A stretch of DNA of 32,000 bases, taken from positions 203,694-235,693 of the forward strand of contig BGOU01000010.1 in NCBI GenBank assembly GCA_003569705.1, written 5' to 3'. The DNA is from Nitrosarchaeum sp. Its GTDB lineage: Archaea > Thermoproteota > Nitrososphaeria > Nitrososphaerales > Nitrosopumilaceae. The position numbers were made by a program, and so were the translations under genes. The notes beneath the pieces are model-generated. The model had not been told where the DNA came from. It was given only the letters and a program-made list of their open reading frames with translations, and searched no databases. This document shows, piece by piece, positions 1-8,729 of the stretch (position 1 is its first letter; the number at the start of each line of letters is the position of its first letter).

Positions 1-31
1 AATCATATAGGCCTGAAAAGAATAGTTCAGT

Positions 32-481
32 ATGACTAGCTCCAAAATGAAAGACAATGTAGAAAGATGGCTAATACATGAGAGTCATTCGTTTGAATCA
101 GTTAAAAACGATGAAAATAGTTTCAATATTCTAGTAAAACATGCAGGTCCATACGGAATTCCCGTTGAAATATTTGAACCAAAATCACAATTAGGAGTCA
201 TTGTAATAGGCGCCAAAGTAGTAATGAAAAATAACCAAATTGCGAGATATTTGGGATTCAATAAAGAGGAAAAAGCCAAATTTGAGAAAAAAGTGGCCGA
301 TTTTTGTAATTCAATACAAGCAATCAATAGAGTAATCACAGAAGATGGTAAGCAAAAGGTAGGGGTTTTTGTAGTATTAGATGACAAAGAAAACATAAAC
401 CAACAAACGGTTTTTGATGCGATTAACAGAGTGTCTGAAATATATGAAAAAACTGAACGTTTTTTGATGAAAACATTCTAA
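32..481 (+). CDS. conserved archaeal hypothetical protein, DUF2299/YbjN-like
   Basis: 149-aa ATG ORF with balanced composition. Layout resembles the archaeal DUF2299 family from memory. The overlapping antisense ORF 85..396 is judged spurious. Confidence 0.5.
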   Translation: MTSSKMKDNVERWLIHESHSFESVKNDENSFNILVKHAGPYGIPVEIFEPKSQLGVIVIGAKVVMKNNQIARYLGFNKEEKAKFEKKVADFCNSIQAINRVITEDGKQKVGVFVVLDDKENINQQTVFDAINRVSEIYEKTERFLMKTF

Positions 482-1153
482 ATAATTGGTGTGTCAATTA
501 CATCTGGACTGAGCATTCAGCCATGATACACAGCAGATTTGCAGACAAAATGGTGTCAAGTATCAGGGAATTCAGTCAATAAGCAAGCCTCATCAGCATT
601 CCAACATGTGATCAAATCCTATAAAAACTGAAAAACACGATTATTTTTGTAAAAACTACACTACCATTTCAGAATGAATAGAAGATGATTTTTTGAAAAT
701 CAGTCGTAAAAGCTAAACCCCCTACTAATTTTCCACCATATAGGCACAATGCCATATTATCAAAACCATTCATTTTTTGGGGGGGTTAACACTTGTGCCT
801 ACCTAGGAAAGACAACCATAGAACCACCTAGATGTCCCAGCTAAACATGTGTGATGTTTTTCATCTAGGCATAAAAGCTAACCCCCTCTAAAATAGAGAA
901 AAAATGAGTCAGGATAAGACACCAGAGAACAAAATAGACAATTCCAATGGTTTTGAACAATGTAATTTAGTGACTAATAGAAAATGCAAATATCAATGGA
1001 ACCGCAATAATTCCAAAAATTGCTGCAATTTTGAGCAAGTCTTTTTTTTTCTAATGGCTTGAATTTACCCATGCTCATCACTATTTTTGGTTATTTTTAA
1101 TTCATTAGGTAAATTTTCAGAAAATTTAGTGCTAAACGATATTAATTATTAGG

Positions 1154-1720
1154 ATGATTTGCTCAATGTACGCTTCAACTATATACCAAATTTTTCCAGA
1201 TCCTCGCATGGTGCGAATTGGGGTAGTCATTGTGATTGGAATAATTATAATTTCAATGACAGTTACGATGTACGTGTACACCCAATATCAGACAAATTTT
1301 ATCAGCATAAATGCAGGAGAGCCAGTAGTTATTGGACCTGTGGAGTATACAATAACATTTGATGGTATTCATAAAGGAAATGAAAAGATAATCGAAACAA
1401 AATCAGATAACACATTTATCAGAATTAAAATAATTGCAAAAAATATCAGTGAGAAAAAAACTGTGATCTCAGCAAGTCAGTTTTACTTAATTGATGAAAA
1501 ACAACAAAAACATCTACCAGTGTATGGGGGGATTTCTACAGATCTGGTGTATGAAGGTTTTAGGAGTTCTGATCACTGGCTAGAACCAAATAAGCCAGTA
1601 ATAATGACTACACAGTTCGAGGTTTCATATAATGATCTAAACCAATACAATATCATAGTTCGTCCATCAAAACAACAATCATCTGTAGATACAGCAGTAA
1701 TTTGCATTACTAATTGTTGA
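1154..1720 (+). CDS. membrane-anchored extracellular protein, DUF4352-like beta-sandwich
   Basis: 188 aa. N-terminal TM helix (VRIGVVIVIGIIIISMTVTMYVY). Motif FIRIKIIAKNISEKKTVISASQFYLIDEKQQKH is typical of DUF4352-type domains. Confidence 0.55.
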   Translation: MICSMYASTIYQIFPDPRMVRIGVVIVIGIIIISMTVTMYVYTQYQTNFISINAGEPVVIGPVEYTITFDGIHKGNEKIIETKSDNTFIRIKIIAKNISEKKTVISASQFYLIDEKQQKHLPVYGGISTDLVYEGFRSSDHWLEPNKPVIMTTQFEVSYNDLNQYNIIVRPSKQQSSVDTAVICITNC

Positions 1721-1811
1721 TCGCAAAAAAATCATTGTCAAATTTTACTAGCGTTGAGGCAATTATGTGTGACTTTAACCATATAACCGCGATGATAAAA
1801 GTAAACTAGGC

Positions 1812-2153
1812 ATGGGAATATCCAAAGCCAGAAGAGCTGAAGCAGCTAAAAAAGCCGCACGTACAAGAAAAAGAAACTTGGCAAAATTAGCAGTGGAAGC
1901 AGCTAAAATGGCAGCAAGACGAAAACGAAGTAGAGCTGCAAAAAGAGCAGCTGCAACTCGCAAGAGATCAACGGTAAAACGAACTGTTGGAAGAAAAACA
2001 GTTAGACGAGCTGTTGTTAGAAAAGCAGCAAAGAGAGCAGTCGTAAAGAAAGCAGTCAGACGAGCTGTTGTTAGAAAAGCAGTTAGACGAGCTGTTGTTA
2101 GACGTGCAATCGGAAGAGCTCTTGTAAGAAAAGCAGTTAGACGAAGACGTTAG
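1812..2153 (+). CDS. extremely basic Lys/Arg/Ala-rich repeat protein (putative nucleic-acid binding)
   Basis: 113 aa, roughly 40% K+R and about 30% A, with only 3 acidic residues. The C-terminal half is a 9-aa periodic array (VRRAVVRKA). Confidence 0.7.
   Translation: MGISKARRAEAAKKAARTRKRNLAKLAVEAAKMAARRKRSRAAKRAAATRKRSTVKRTVGRKTVRRAVVRKAAKRAVVKKAVRRAVVRKAVRRAVVRRAIGRALVRKAVRRRR
1974..2150 (+). repeat. 27-bp (9-codon) tandem repeat array inside the basic-protein CDS, about 6.5 units
   Basis: Units VKRTVGRKT / VRRAVVRKA / AKRAVVKKA / VRRAVVRKA / VRRAVVRRA / IGRALVRKA / VRRRR. The DNA unit gttagacgagctgttgttagaaaagca recurs at 2001, 2055 and 2082. Confidence 0.8.
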
Positions 2154-2234
2154 ACTGCTTTCATTATCTTTTTTCCATTTATTTTAGTGATTTAAAAAAA
2201 TGTTTCTAAATTCGAATTTAGAAATACTTATGTT

Positions 2235-2645
2235 TTACTCATCACTTATTTTTAATTCAGGCATGACAAAAATACGTTCAGGTTTTATCTTGAGAATTAT
2301 TCTTTTTTCATTCTCTCTTTTGAAGGGATAGTTTTTTTGTCCCATGTATTGCTGTGTTAACTTATCTGCATGCGTATAATCATAATCAGGAATTATTTCT
2401 TTAACTGTTCCTCTAATTGTCGTCATATCAAGGGGATTATTATTAGAGACAACAGAGATTGCAACACGTGGATCACGTAAGATATTTTTATGCTTAATTC
2501 TACCTTCTGCAGTATTTACCAAAATATAACCAGAATCATAGTTAGCCCAAACTGGTGAAAGTTGTGGAGCACCATCAATCATAAGAGTTGCAATAAAAAC
2601 AATATTTTTTTGCTGAAATAACTTTATTGCCTTTTCTTCCAACAT
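2235..2645 (-). CDS. pyridoxamine 5'-phosphate oxidase family protein (PPOX-class, probably F420/FMN-dependent)
   Basis: 136 aa. Pattern IVFIATLMIDGAPQLSPVW....GYILVNTAEGRIKHKNILRDPRVAISV is typical of the PPOX split-barrel family. Confidence 0.7.
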   Translation of the reverse strand: MLEEKAIKLFQQKNIVFIATLMIDGAPQLSPVWANYDSGYILVNTAEGRIKHKNILRDPRVAISVVSNNNPLDMTTIRGTVKEIIPDYDYTHADKLTQQYMGQKNYPFKRENEKRIILKIKPERIFVMPELKISDE

Positions 2646-2725
2646 TCATCACAATTACAAATATTTATCATCCAAAGTCATTTCTAGTGTTTTTAATTGA
2701 CTGTTGTTCATATTAGTGAAAAACA

Positions 2726-3256
2726 CTAAGATTTGATTGATTCATATTTTTTACCCGAATTTTCCATGATGTTTGTCATGGCGCGATTCATAATTTCCAT
2801 TATTAGATACTGAGAATATCCTTCAGAATTTTCACCTTTAGTTTTTTTTGCTTTTGTTGTTTTTGGAGTAAGATTTCTGAGAATTTTTTCAATTTTTACA
2901 GATGTACTGTCAATTACTTTAGAATATTTTGAATCAAAATCATCAGGGGCAGCATAACCAAGTAATTTTGTAGATGTGCTATAAAATTTAGTAATGGCCC
3001 CACGGGATTCCTCAATTTTGGCAATTTCAATTAGACCGGATTCTTTTAAAATATCAAGATGATGTCGTACAGTAGTGAGGGCTTTTTTGTATCCTGCTTT
3101 TTTTAGCTCATTTGAAATCTGGTCTGCAGATAATGCACGATGATATAGAATTTCAATAATTTTTGAACGTGCAGGGTCTTCAATTGCACGTGCGTGTTTA
3201 ACACTTGTAGTAAGGATACGATTTACTTTGATTACTTTTTCTAAGAGAGTAGACAT
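2726..3256 (-). CDS. ArsR-family winged-helix transcriptional regulator
   Basis: 176 aa. HTH core ARSKIIEILYHRALSADQISNELKK...TTVRHHLDILKESGLIEI. Confidence 0.8.
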   Translation of the reverse strand: MSTLLEKVIKVNRILTTSVKHARAIEDPARSKIIEILYHRALSADQISNELKKAGYKKALTTVRHHLDILKESGLIEIAKIEESRGAITKFYSTSTKLLGYAAPDDFDSKYSKVIDSTSVKIEKILRNLTPKTTKAKKTKGENSEGYSQYLIMEIMNRAMTNIMENSGKKYESIKS

Positions 3257-3416
3257 ACTGTTTATTGCTTTAATTCTGATCTAAAAGATCCTCGTATCAT
3301 ATTTTTTTACCTAATCGCATCAATTTTTTTTTGTTATGATAATAGTGAGACCGAGTCAAAAAGACAAGTACCCCTGGCAATAACATTATAATGCAATCAT
3401 AATTATCATCAGTACT

Positions 3417-3515
3417 ATCATAAATATAGTAATAGTATTAAAATATAATATCAATATCATAAATATAGTATAAGTATCATAAATATAGTATAAGTATCAT
3501 AAATATAGTATGAGT
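3417..3515. repeat. 20-bp tandem repeat ATCATAAATATAGTATAAGT, three adjacent units plus one degenerate unit
   Basis: Adjacent units at 3456-3475, 3476-3495 and 3496-3515 (the last ends tgagt). A degenerate copy lies at 3417-3436. Located in the intergenic region between the purC stop and the ArsR start. Confidence 0.85.
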
Positions 3516-3690
3516 GTAAAATATTATTAAAAAATAACAAAAACAAACAAATGTGAAAAAACAAGATACCACATAAGGCAAATATTGCAATAAGATGAAT
3601 TTAAAAATGAATCAAAAATAAAATTCGAGTTGAACAGTATATTTTATTCAATATCTAGCAATAATGAAAAGAATTGAAAAAATATTACAT

Positions 3691-4515
3691 CTACAGAAGA
3701 TGTCCTGTTAATTTTTCATATGCAATAACATACCGATTGGTCATTTTCTGAATTATTTCTTGAGGAATTGTAGGTGCAATGGGTTCTTTTCCTGCATCTC
3801 GTGCATCATCAAATTGTTTTTGATATCCATGTTCAGTTAGCCAATCACGTAAAATTTGTTTGTCAAATGCCTCTTGTATTTTACCAACCTCATAGGAGTC
3901 CTTTGGCCATAATCTATACTCATCAGGACCAATAGAATCACCCAAGATGATGTTACCATCTAAAATTCCAAATTCAAGTTTTAAATCAGCTAAAATGAAT
4001 CCTGCCTTGTCTGCAATATCAGACATTATGTTGTAGATATCAATAGATGTTTTCTCTAACCATACATATTGGACCTCAGTAACCAGTTTCATCTCAAGAG
4101 CTTTTATTTTATCAATTGGGATATCATGTTCGGATTTTGTTGTAGGATCAAATATCGGTTCTGGAAGCTTTGCAGCTAGTGTAGTATTAGAGCCAATAGG
4201 AATTTTTATTTCGCCTTTTTTCCATCTACCTACCAAACTACCATAAAAATAACCGCGAACCACACATTCTATTGGCAGCATATTCATTTTTTTTACCACA
4301 ATTTCAGTATCAGACTGCCTTTTTACAAAATGATTTGAAATAGGTAGTTGATTAAACCAAAATTCAGCAAATTTACACAAAACCTCTCCCTTTTTAGGTA
4401 TATTTTCTTTGAATTTTACATCAAACGCAGATACTCTGTCAGAAAATTTGAAAAGTAACGTATCATCATCAAGAGAATACAGATCCTTTACTTTTCCAGA
4501 AGCAATAAACTTCAA
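3691..4515 (-). CDS. purC: phosphoribosylaminoimidazole-succinocarboxamide (SAICAR) synthase
   Basis: 274 aa with a TTG start. Motifs GKVKDLY, DRVSAFD and LADLKLEFG are characteristic of PurC. Confidence 0.95.
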   Translation of the reverse strand: MKFIASGKVKDLYSLDDDTLLFKFSDRVSAFDVKFKENIPKKGEVLCKFAEFWFNQLPISNHFVKRQSDTEIVVKKMNMLPIECVVRGYFYGSLVGRWKKGEIKIPIGSNTTLAAKLPEPIFDPTTKSEHDIPIDKIKALEMKLVTEVQYVWLEKTSIDIYNIMSDIADKAGFILADLKLEFGILDGNIILGDSIGPDEYRLWPKDSYEVGKIQEAFDKQILRDWLTEHGYQKQFDDARDAGKEPIAPTIPQEIIQKMTNRYVIAYEKLTGHLL

Positions 4516-4617
4516 ACAATCAGCCTTGTTTTCAATATGATTTAACTGCTCTGAAAAATCTAGAACAAATGACTAATCCAGAACATTATTGTGTTTTAAC
4601 ACCATTCCAAAATGCAA

Positions 4618-4863
4618 TCATTCCTTTGATTTTTTTGCAGCATCATTTGGTTCAGCATAATACCATGCACAGTCTTTATTGGTTTTTCCATTAATGGTTA
4701 CAGAATAATAATTTGCCATTCCTTTCCAGCCACAAAAAGATACAAGATCAGTTTTTTGAAAGTATTCTCCTTTAATAGAATCAGCTGGAAAATAATGATT
4801 TCCTTCAACTATTACAGTATCATCGCTTTCTGCAATTACAGTGTCATTCCAAATTGCCTTCAT
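4618..4863 (-). CDS. DUF427 domain protein
   Basis: 81 aa. Pattern AIWNDTVIAESDDTVIVEGNHYFPADSI...FCGWKGMANYYSV..NGK...CAWYY matches the DUF427 signature. Confidence 0.8.
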   Translation of the reverse strand: MKAIWNDTVIAESDDTVIVEGNHYFPADSIKGEYFQKTDLVSFCGWKGMANYYSVTINGKTNKDCAWYYAEPNDAAKKSKE

Positions 4864-4893
4864 AATCAGAATATCAAAAAAACAAGTAAAGAA

Positions 4894-5148
4894 TCAGTCT
4901 TTATCCTGTTCAGGAATTACAGATAATGTGGTAGTGGAAATTACATTTTTTATTTGTCTAATCTGTTTTGTAATTGTATCTTCTACTTCTTTTGAGGTCT
5001 TTGCCTCAACTTTGACAAAAATATCATAGAGTCCAAATGTTCCCCTCGCTTCTTTTACAGCGTCGATTTTTAAAATATCACTCATAACTTCCATTTCATG
5101 TGCCATTTCACTTTTGACTAGAACATATGCAGTTTCCATATTATTCAC
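4894..5148 (-). CDS. stand-alone Lrp/AsnC ligand-binding (RAM) domain protein
   Basis: 84 aa from GTG 5148, or 81 aa from ATG 5139. Pattern AYVLVK...EV...L.KI..VKEA.GTFGLYDIFVKVEA....EVEDTITKQIRQI..V is RAM-like. The start abuts or overlaps the purF stop (gaaTAATATGgaa). Confidence 0.75.
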   Translation of the reverse strand: MNNMETAYVLVKSEMAHEMEVMSDILKIDAVKEARGTFGLYDIFVKVEAKTSKEVEDTITKQIRQIKNVISTTTLSVIPEQDKD

Positions 5149-6574
5149 CTTTCATCTCAATACGGGTTTTAAACTCTGGCGTAATTCCCAATGAATCATA
5201 ATTTCCAGACGAACAAGTAAAACACATTGAATCTTTTGGAATCCCTACAGCGGCGGCAAGATTTTCAGCATCATTATAACCCAGAAAGTCAGCCCCAATA
5301 CTCTTTCTGACCATTTCAGTTAATTCCTCATCAGTCATGTCCTTCCCATTTGAGAATGTTGCCAGTTCTTCTTGAGATGGAAAATCAATTCCAGCGTAGC
5401 AAGGAAATTTAATTGGTGGGTATGTTATTACCATGCTTATTTTTTTTGCACCTGCTCTTCGTAGTGCTTGGATAATTGCCTTTGAACTAGTACCACGAAC
5501 TAAACTGTCATCAATTACAACAACATGTTTGTCTTCAATGATTTCTCGAATTGGGATAATCCAGCGATTGATTTCAATTCGATCACTTTGGTGAGGTTCA
5601 ATGAAACTACGCAGTGGTCCTTTCTTGCTGTATCTGTCTTTGAGTAATCCTTCATCAAATGTAAGACCTAATTCTTGTGCATATCCCAATGCTGCAGGTC
5701 TTGCAGAATCAGGAACCGGGATTACAAGATCTGCATCTTTGATGGGGAATTTTCTTGCTAAAAATTTACCAATTCTCTTTCTTGAGATGTAAATGTTGGC
5801 GCCTTCCATATTGCTAGAAGGATGTGCAAAATAGGTATATTCAAAAGAGCAATGGGCACGTGATGTATCATCAGAGAATCGTTCAGTTTCTAACCCATTC
5901 TTACTGATTTTAATCAATTCACCAGGTTTGACATCTCTTTGAAGTGTTGCACCTACTGCAGAAATGGCAGATGATTCAGATGCAACAATGTATGTATCAT
6001 CAGACACTTTATAACCCAAAACCATAGGTCTGAATCCTTTAGGATCCCTTGCAGCATATACAGAATTATCATCAGAGATAAATGTAAAACAATAAGAGCC
6101 AATCATTTCATTTTTCAAAATTGCAAGAGCTTTTCCCATTTCACCATTTTCAGAAATTAATGCCACTAGTCTCTGTGCAGCAACTAAAGTATCACTTGCA
6201 TTTTGAGGTGTAAATGAGCATCCTCCAACTAAATTAGATAGTTCTTGAACATTTGCGATGGTTCCATTATGAGCAATACAAAGATCTTTAACTTTTAGGG
6301 GTTGGGCATTTTCAAGTGTGCTTCTTCCCATGGTGGAATATCTAACATGACCAATAACAGATGAAGAAGAATAGTCTTCACAAATTTTTTTAAACTCAGA
6401 TGAAGCACTAGTCACAAGACCTAATCTTTTTAATGGTTCTTTGTTTGGAATTGCAATGCCCCATGCTTCTTGTCCTCGGTGTTGTAATGCCCTAAGTGCA
6501 TCAATTGCCATCGGAACGACATTAGTTCCACTAAGACTAAAAATTCCAACTACACCACAATTTTCTTTAACCAT
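5141..6574 (-). CDS. purF: amidophosphoribosyltransferase (glutamine PRPP amidotransferase)
   Basis: 477 aa. N-terminal MVKEN-CGVVGI (Ntn catalytic Cys after a short propeptide), PRTase motif VVVIDDSLVRGTS, and C-terminal Cys motif CFTCSSGNY. Confidence 0.95.
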   Translation of the reverse strand: MVKENCGVVGIFSLSGTNVVPMAIDALRALQHRGQEAWGIAIPNKEPLKRLGLVTSASSEFKKICEDYSSSSVIGHVRYSTMGRSTLENAQPLKVKDLCIAHNGTIANVQELSNLVGGCSFTPQNASDTLVAAQRLVALISENGEMGKALAILKNEMIGSYCFTFISDDNSVYAARDPKGFRPMVLGYKVSDDTYIVASESSAISAVGATLQRDVKPGELIKISKNGLETERFSDDTSRAHCSFEYTYFAHPSSNMEGANIYISRKRIGKFLARKFPIKDADLVIPVPDSARPAALGYAQELGLTFDEGLLKDRYSKKGPLRSFIEPHQSDRIEINRWIIPIREIIEDKHVVVIDDSLVRGTSSKAIIQALRRAGAKKISMVITYPPIKFPCYAGIDFPSQEELATFSNGKDMTDEELTEMVRKSIGADFLGYNDAENLAAAVGIPKDSMCFTCSSGNYDSLGITPEFKTRIEMKGE

Positions 6575-8729
6575 GCACTAATTCCCTTAACGAATTAAAC
6601 CAAGTTTTTTGTGCCTTATCAACTCTTAGATCTATAACATGTTTGTTTTCTTTGTTAAATCGAATATTCTCACCACCAAATACTCCAATCATTTTGTATG
6701 AGACTTTGCTCTTTTTGGAAAGTTCTTCAAGTTTTTTGAGATTTTTCTTTTCTAAAACTAAAAGGTATCTAGAATGACTTTCAGAAAATAATACTCTATC
6801 AACATCCAATTTTGGACCAGGTACTTTTTCTAATGATACATTACATCCAATTTCGTGCGTCATGCAGAGTTCGGAAACAGCTACTGCTAGGCCACCTTTA
6901 GAACAGTCATGTGCTGTTTTAAGAAGATCTTTTCCAATTACATCTAAAACTAGATTCATGTTAGTTTTAGATTCCTGGAAATTAACAATGGGGCATTTTC
7001 CTCCAATGAACTTGTGAATGTATTCAAAGTATTCAGAGCCACCCATTTCATTTTTGGTATCCCCGATAATTATAAGACAATCACCAGCAATGATTTTCTT
7101 AGAGTAAAGAGGATTTTTATCAATCAAGCCCAAAATTCCAATTATAGGCGTAGGTTTAATCGGACCAGATGGTGTTTCATTGTACAAACTGACCTTTCCA
7201 CCAACGCATGGAATTTCAAAGTATTTTGCAAAGTCAGTTATTCCTTTTAGGGATTCTAAAAACGTCCAAAAGATTTCAGGATTTTCTGGATTTCCAAATT
7301 GTAAATGGTCAAGCATCCCAATTGGTTTTGCTCCAGTACAGACAACATTTCTGCATGCTTCTTCAAAGCACCCTATTACTCCTTCTCTTGGATTGACATA
7401 GCAGTGTTTTGGATTGCCATCTATTTTTGCTGCCAAAAATTTACCATTATCAAGTCGAAGAACAGATGCATCTTTGCCAGGTTTCACTGTGGTTCTAATT
7501 CCAACCTCATGATCATACTGGCCATACACCCAAATTTTGCTTGCAATATTTGGAGATGCAATAAACTTCATCATCATTTTTGTATAGTCTAAAATTGGTT
7601 TGAGTTTTTTTTCTTTTTCTATGTTTTCTAAGTATGCAGGTTTTTTGGAAGGCCTATCTAAAAGAGTGGCATTTGCAACAACATCAGTTGGAAGATTTGC
7701 ACATGTCTTTTTGCCTTTTTTTACATGCATCATATTATCTGAAGTCACATGACCAATAACAGAACATGCTATACGAAATTTTTTACAGATTTCCTGTAAT
7801 TTTTTGAGTTTTTCATTATTTGTCACTATTAGCATTCTTTCCTGAGATTCAGACACCATAATTTCATCAGGATTCATATCAGATTCACGAGTATGTACTT
7901 TATTCACGTCCATTTCGATTCCAATGGATAACGCATCTGCAGTTTCAGATACAGCACAAGACAGTCCTCCACCACCGAGATCTTTCATTGCGTGAATAAG
8001 ATTTTGATTTCGAGCTTCTAGTATTGCCTCTATGATTAATTTTTCAATAAAGGGATCGGGTATTTGGACTGCAGATCGATTTTCCGATTCTAAAGAATCA
8101 GAAGCAAATTGTGAACCACCAATTCCATCCCTACCTGTCGAGCCTCCAAGTAAGACCACAAGATCACCTTTTTTAGCATGATTTTTGATCAGATTCTTTT
8201 TCTTTCCAAATCCAATAGCTGCAACATCAACTAGAGCATAATTAGAGTAGCATTCATCAAATTCAACTTCACCGCCAATAGTAGGAATACCCAAACAATT
8301 TCCATAATCTGCAATTCCGGTAACCGCATTTTTGAAAAGCCATCTTGCCTGTAGATCTTTTTCAATATCTCCAAATCTCAAACCATCAAAAAGTGCAATA
8401 GGTCTTGTTCCTGTTGAAAGAATATCGCGAATAACTCCGCCAACACCAGTTGCAGCTCCACCGTAGGGTTCAACAGCTGATGGGTGGTTGTGACTTTCAA
8501 TATGAGCAGTTATGACATAACCGTCACCAACATCTAAAACTCCAGAGTCATATCCTTTTTCAGATATAACCAATGGTCCTTTCATTGGCAACATTTTAAG
8601 ATGTTTCTTTGATGATTTGTATGAACAATGTTCAGACCATTCTGCAGCTACAATTTGTAATTCAGTAGATGTGGGTTTTCTTCCAATTTTAGATGTGAGT
8701 TCATCTAGTTCCTGTGGCTCTAAACTCAA
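6567..8729 (-). CDS. purL: phosphoribosylformylglycinamidine synthase subunit II
   Basis: 720 aa with a TTG start overlapping the purQ stop (TTGA). Motifs EHCSYKSS, ESHNHPSAVEPYGGAATGVGG and DLGGGGLS. Confidence 0.95.
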   Translation of the reverse strand: MSLEPQELDELTSKIGRKPTSTELQIVAAEWSEHCSYKSSKKHLKMLPMKGPLVISEKGYDSGVLDVGDGYVITAHIESHNHPSAVEPYGGAATGVGGVIRDILSTGTRPIALFDGLRFGDIEKDLQARWLFKNAVTGIADYGNCLGIPTIGGEVEFDECYSNYALVDVAAIGFGKKKNLIKNHAKKGDLVVLLGGSTGRDGIGGSQFASDSLESENRSAVQIPDPFIEKLIIEAILEARNQNLIHAMKDLGGGGLSCAVSETADALSIGIEMDVNKVHTRESDMNPDEIMVSESQERMLIVTNNEKLKKLQEICKKFRIACSVIGHVTSDNMMHVKKGKKTCANLPTDVVANATLLDRPSKKPAYLENIEKEKKLKPILDYTKMMMKFIASPNIASKIWVYGQYDHEVGIRTTVKPGKDASVLRLDNGKFLAAKIDGNPKHCYVNPREGVIGCFEEACRNVVCTGAKPIGMLDHLQFGNPENPEIFWTFLESLKGITDFAKYFEIPCVGGKVSLYNETPSGPIKPTPIIGILGLIDKNPLYSKKIIAGDCLIIIGDTKNEMGGSEYFEYIHKFIGGKCPIVNFQESKTNMNLVLDVIGKDLLKTAHDCSKGGLAVAVSELCMTHEIGCNVSLEKVPGPKLDVDRVLFSESHSRYLLVLEKKNLKKLEELSKKSKVSYKMIGVFGGENIRFNKENKHVIDLRVDKAQKTWFNSLRELVHG

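Noticed and set aside
85-396. 103-aa minus-strand ORF overlapping 32..481
   Set aside because: It lies entirely within the better plus-strand ORF and has a low-complexity Ser/Phe/Leu-rich composition.
541-595. C/D-box-like motifs on the minus strand (TGATGA, CTGA, CTGATA)
   Set aside because: Guide spacings of 14 and 16 nt are non-canonical, and the terminal D box would be CTGC rather than CTGA.
1775-1963. 62-aa minus-strand ORF opposite the basic-protein gene
   Set aside because: It is the Ala/Leu-rich mirror image of the GCN/AAR-rich sense frame. The sense frame has the 27-bp codon-phased repeat and is the coherent reading.
3417-3515. Considered whether the 20-bp repeats are a mini CRISPR array
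   Set aside because: The units abut directly with no spacers, the repeat is only 20 bp and very AT-rich, and there are no cas genes in the window.
7014-7592. Four plus-strand ORFs (62-95 aa) inside the purL region
   Set aside because: They are antisense to a full-length, motif-rich purL. Their sequences are Phe/Ile/Asn/Cys-rich, typical of reverse frames in AT-rich coding DNA. The same reasoning applies to 5601..5792, 9590..9784, 10330..10732, 12328..12510, 15155..15337, 20052..20504, 30236..30585 and 31430..31612.
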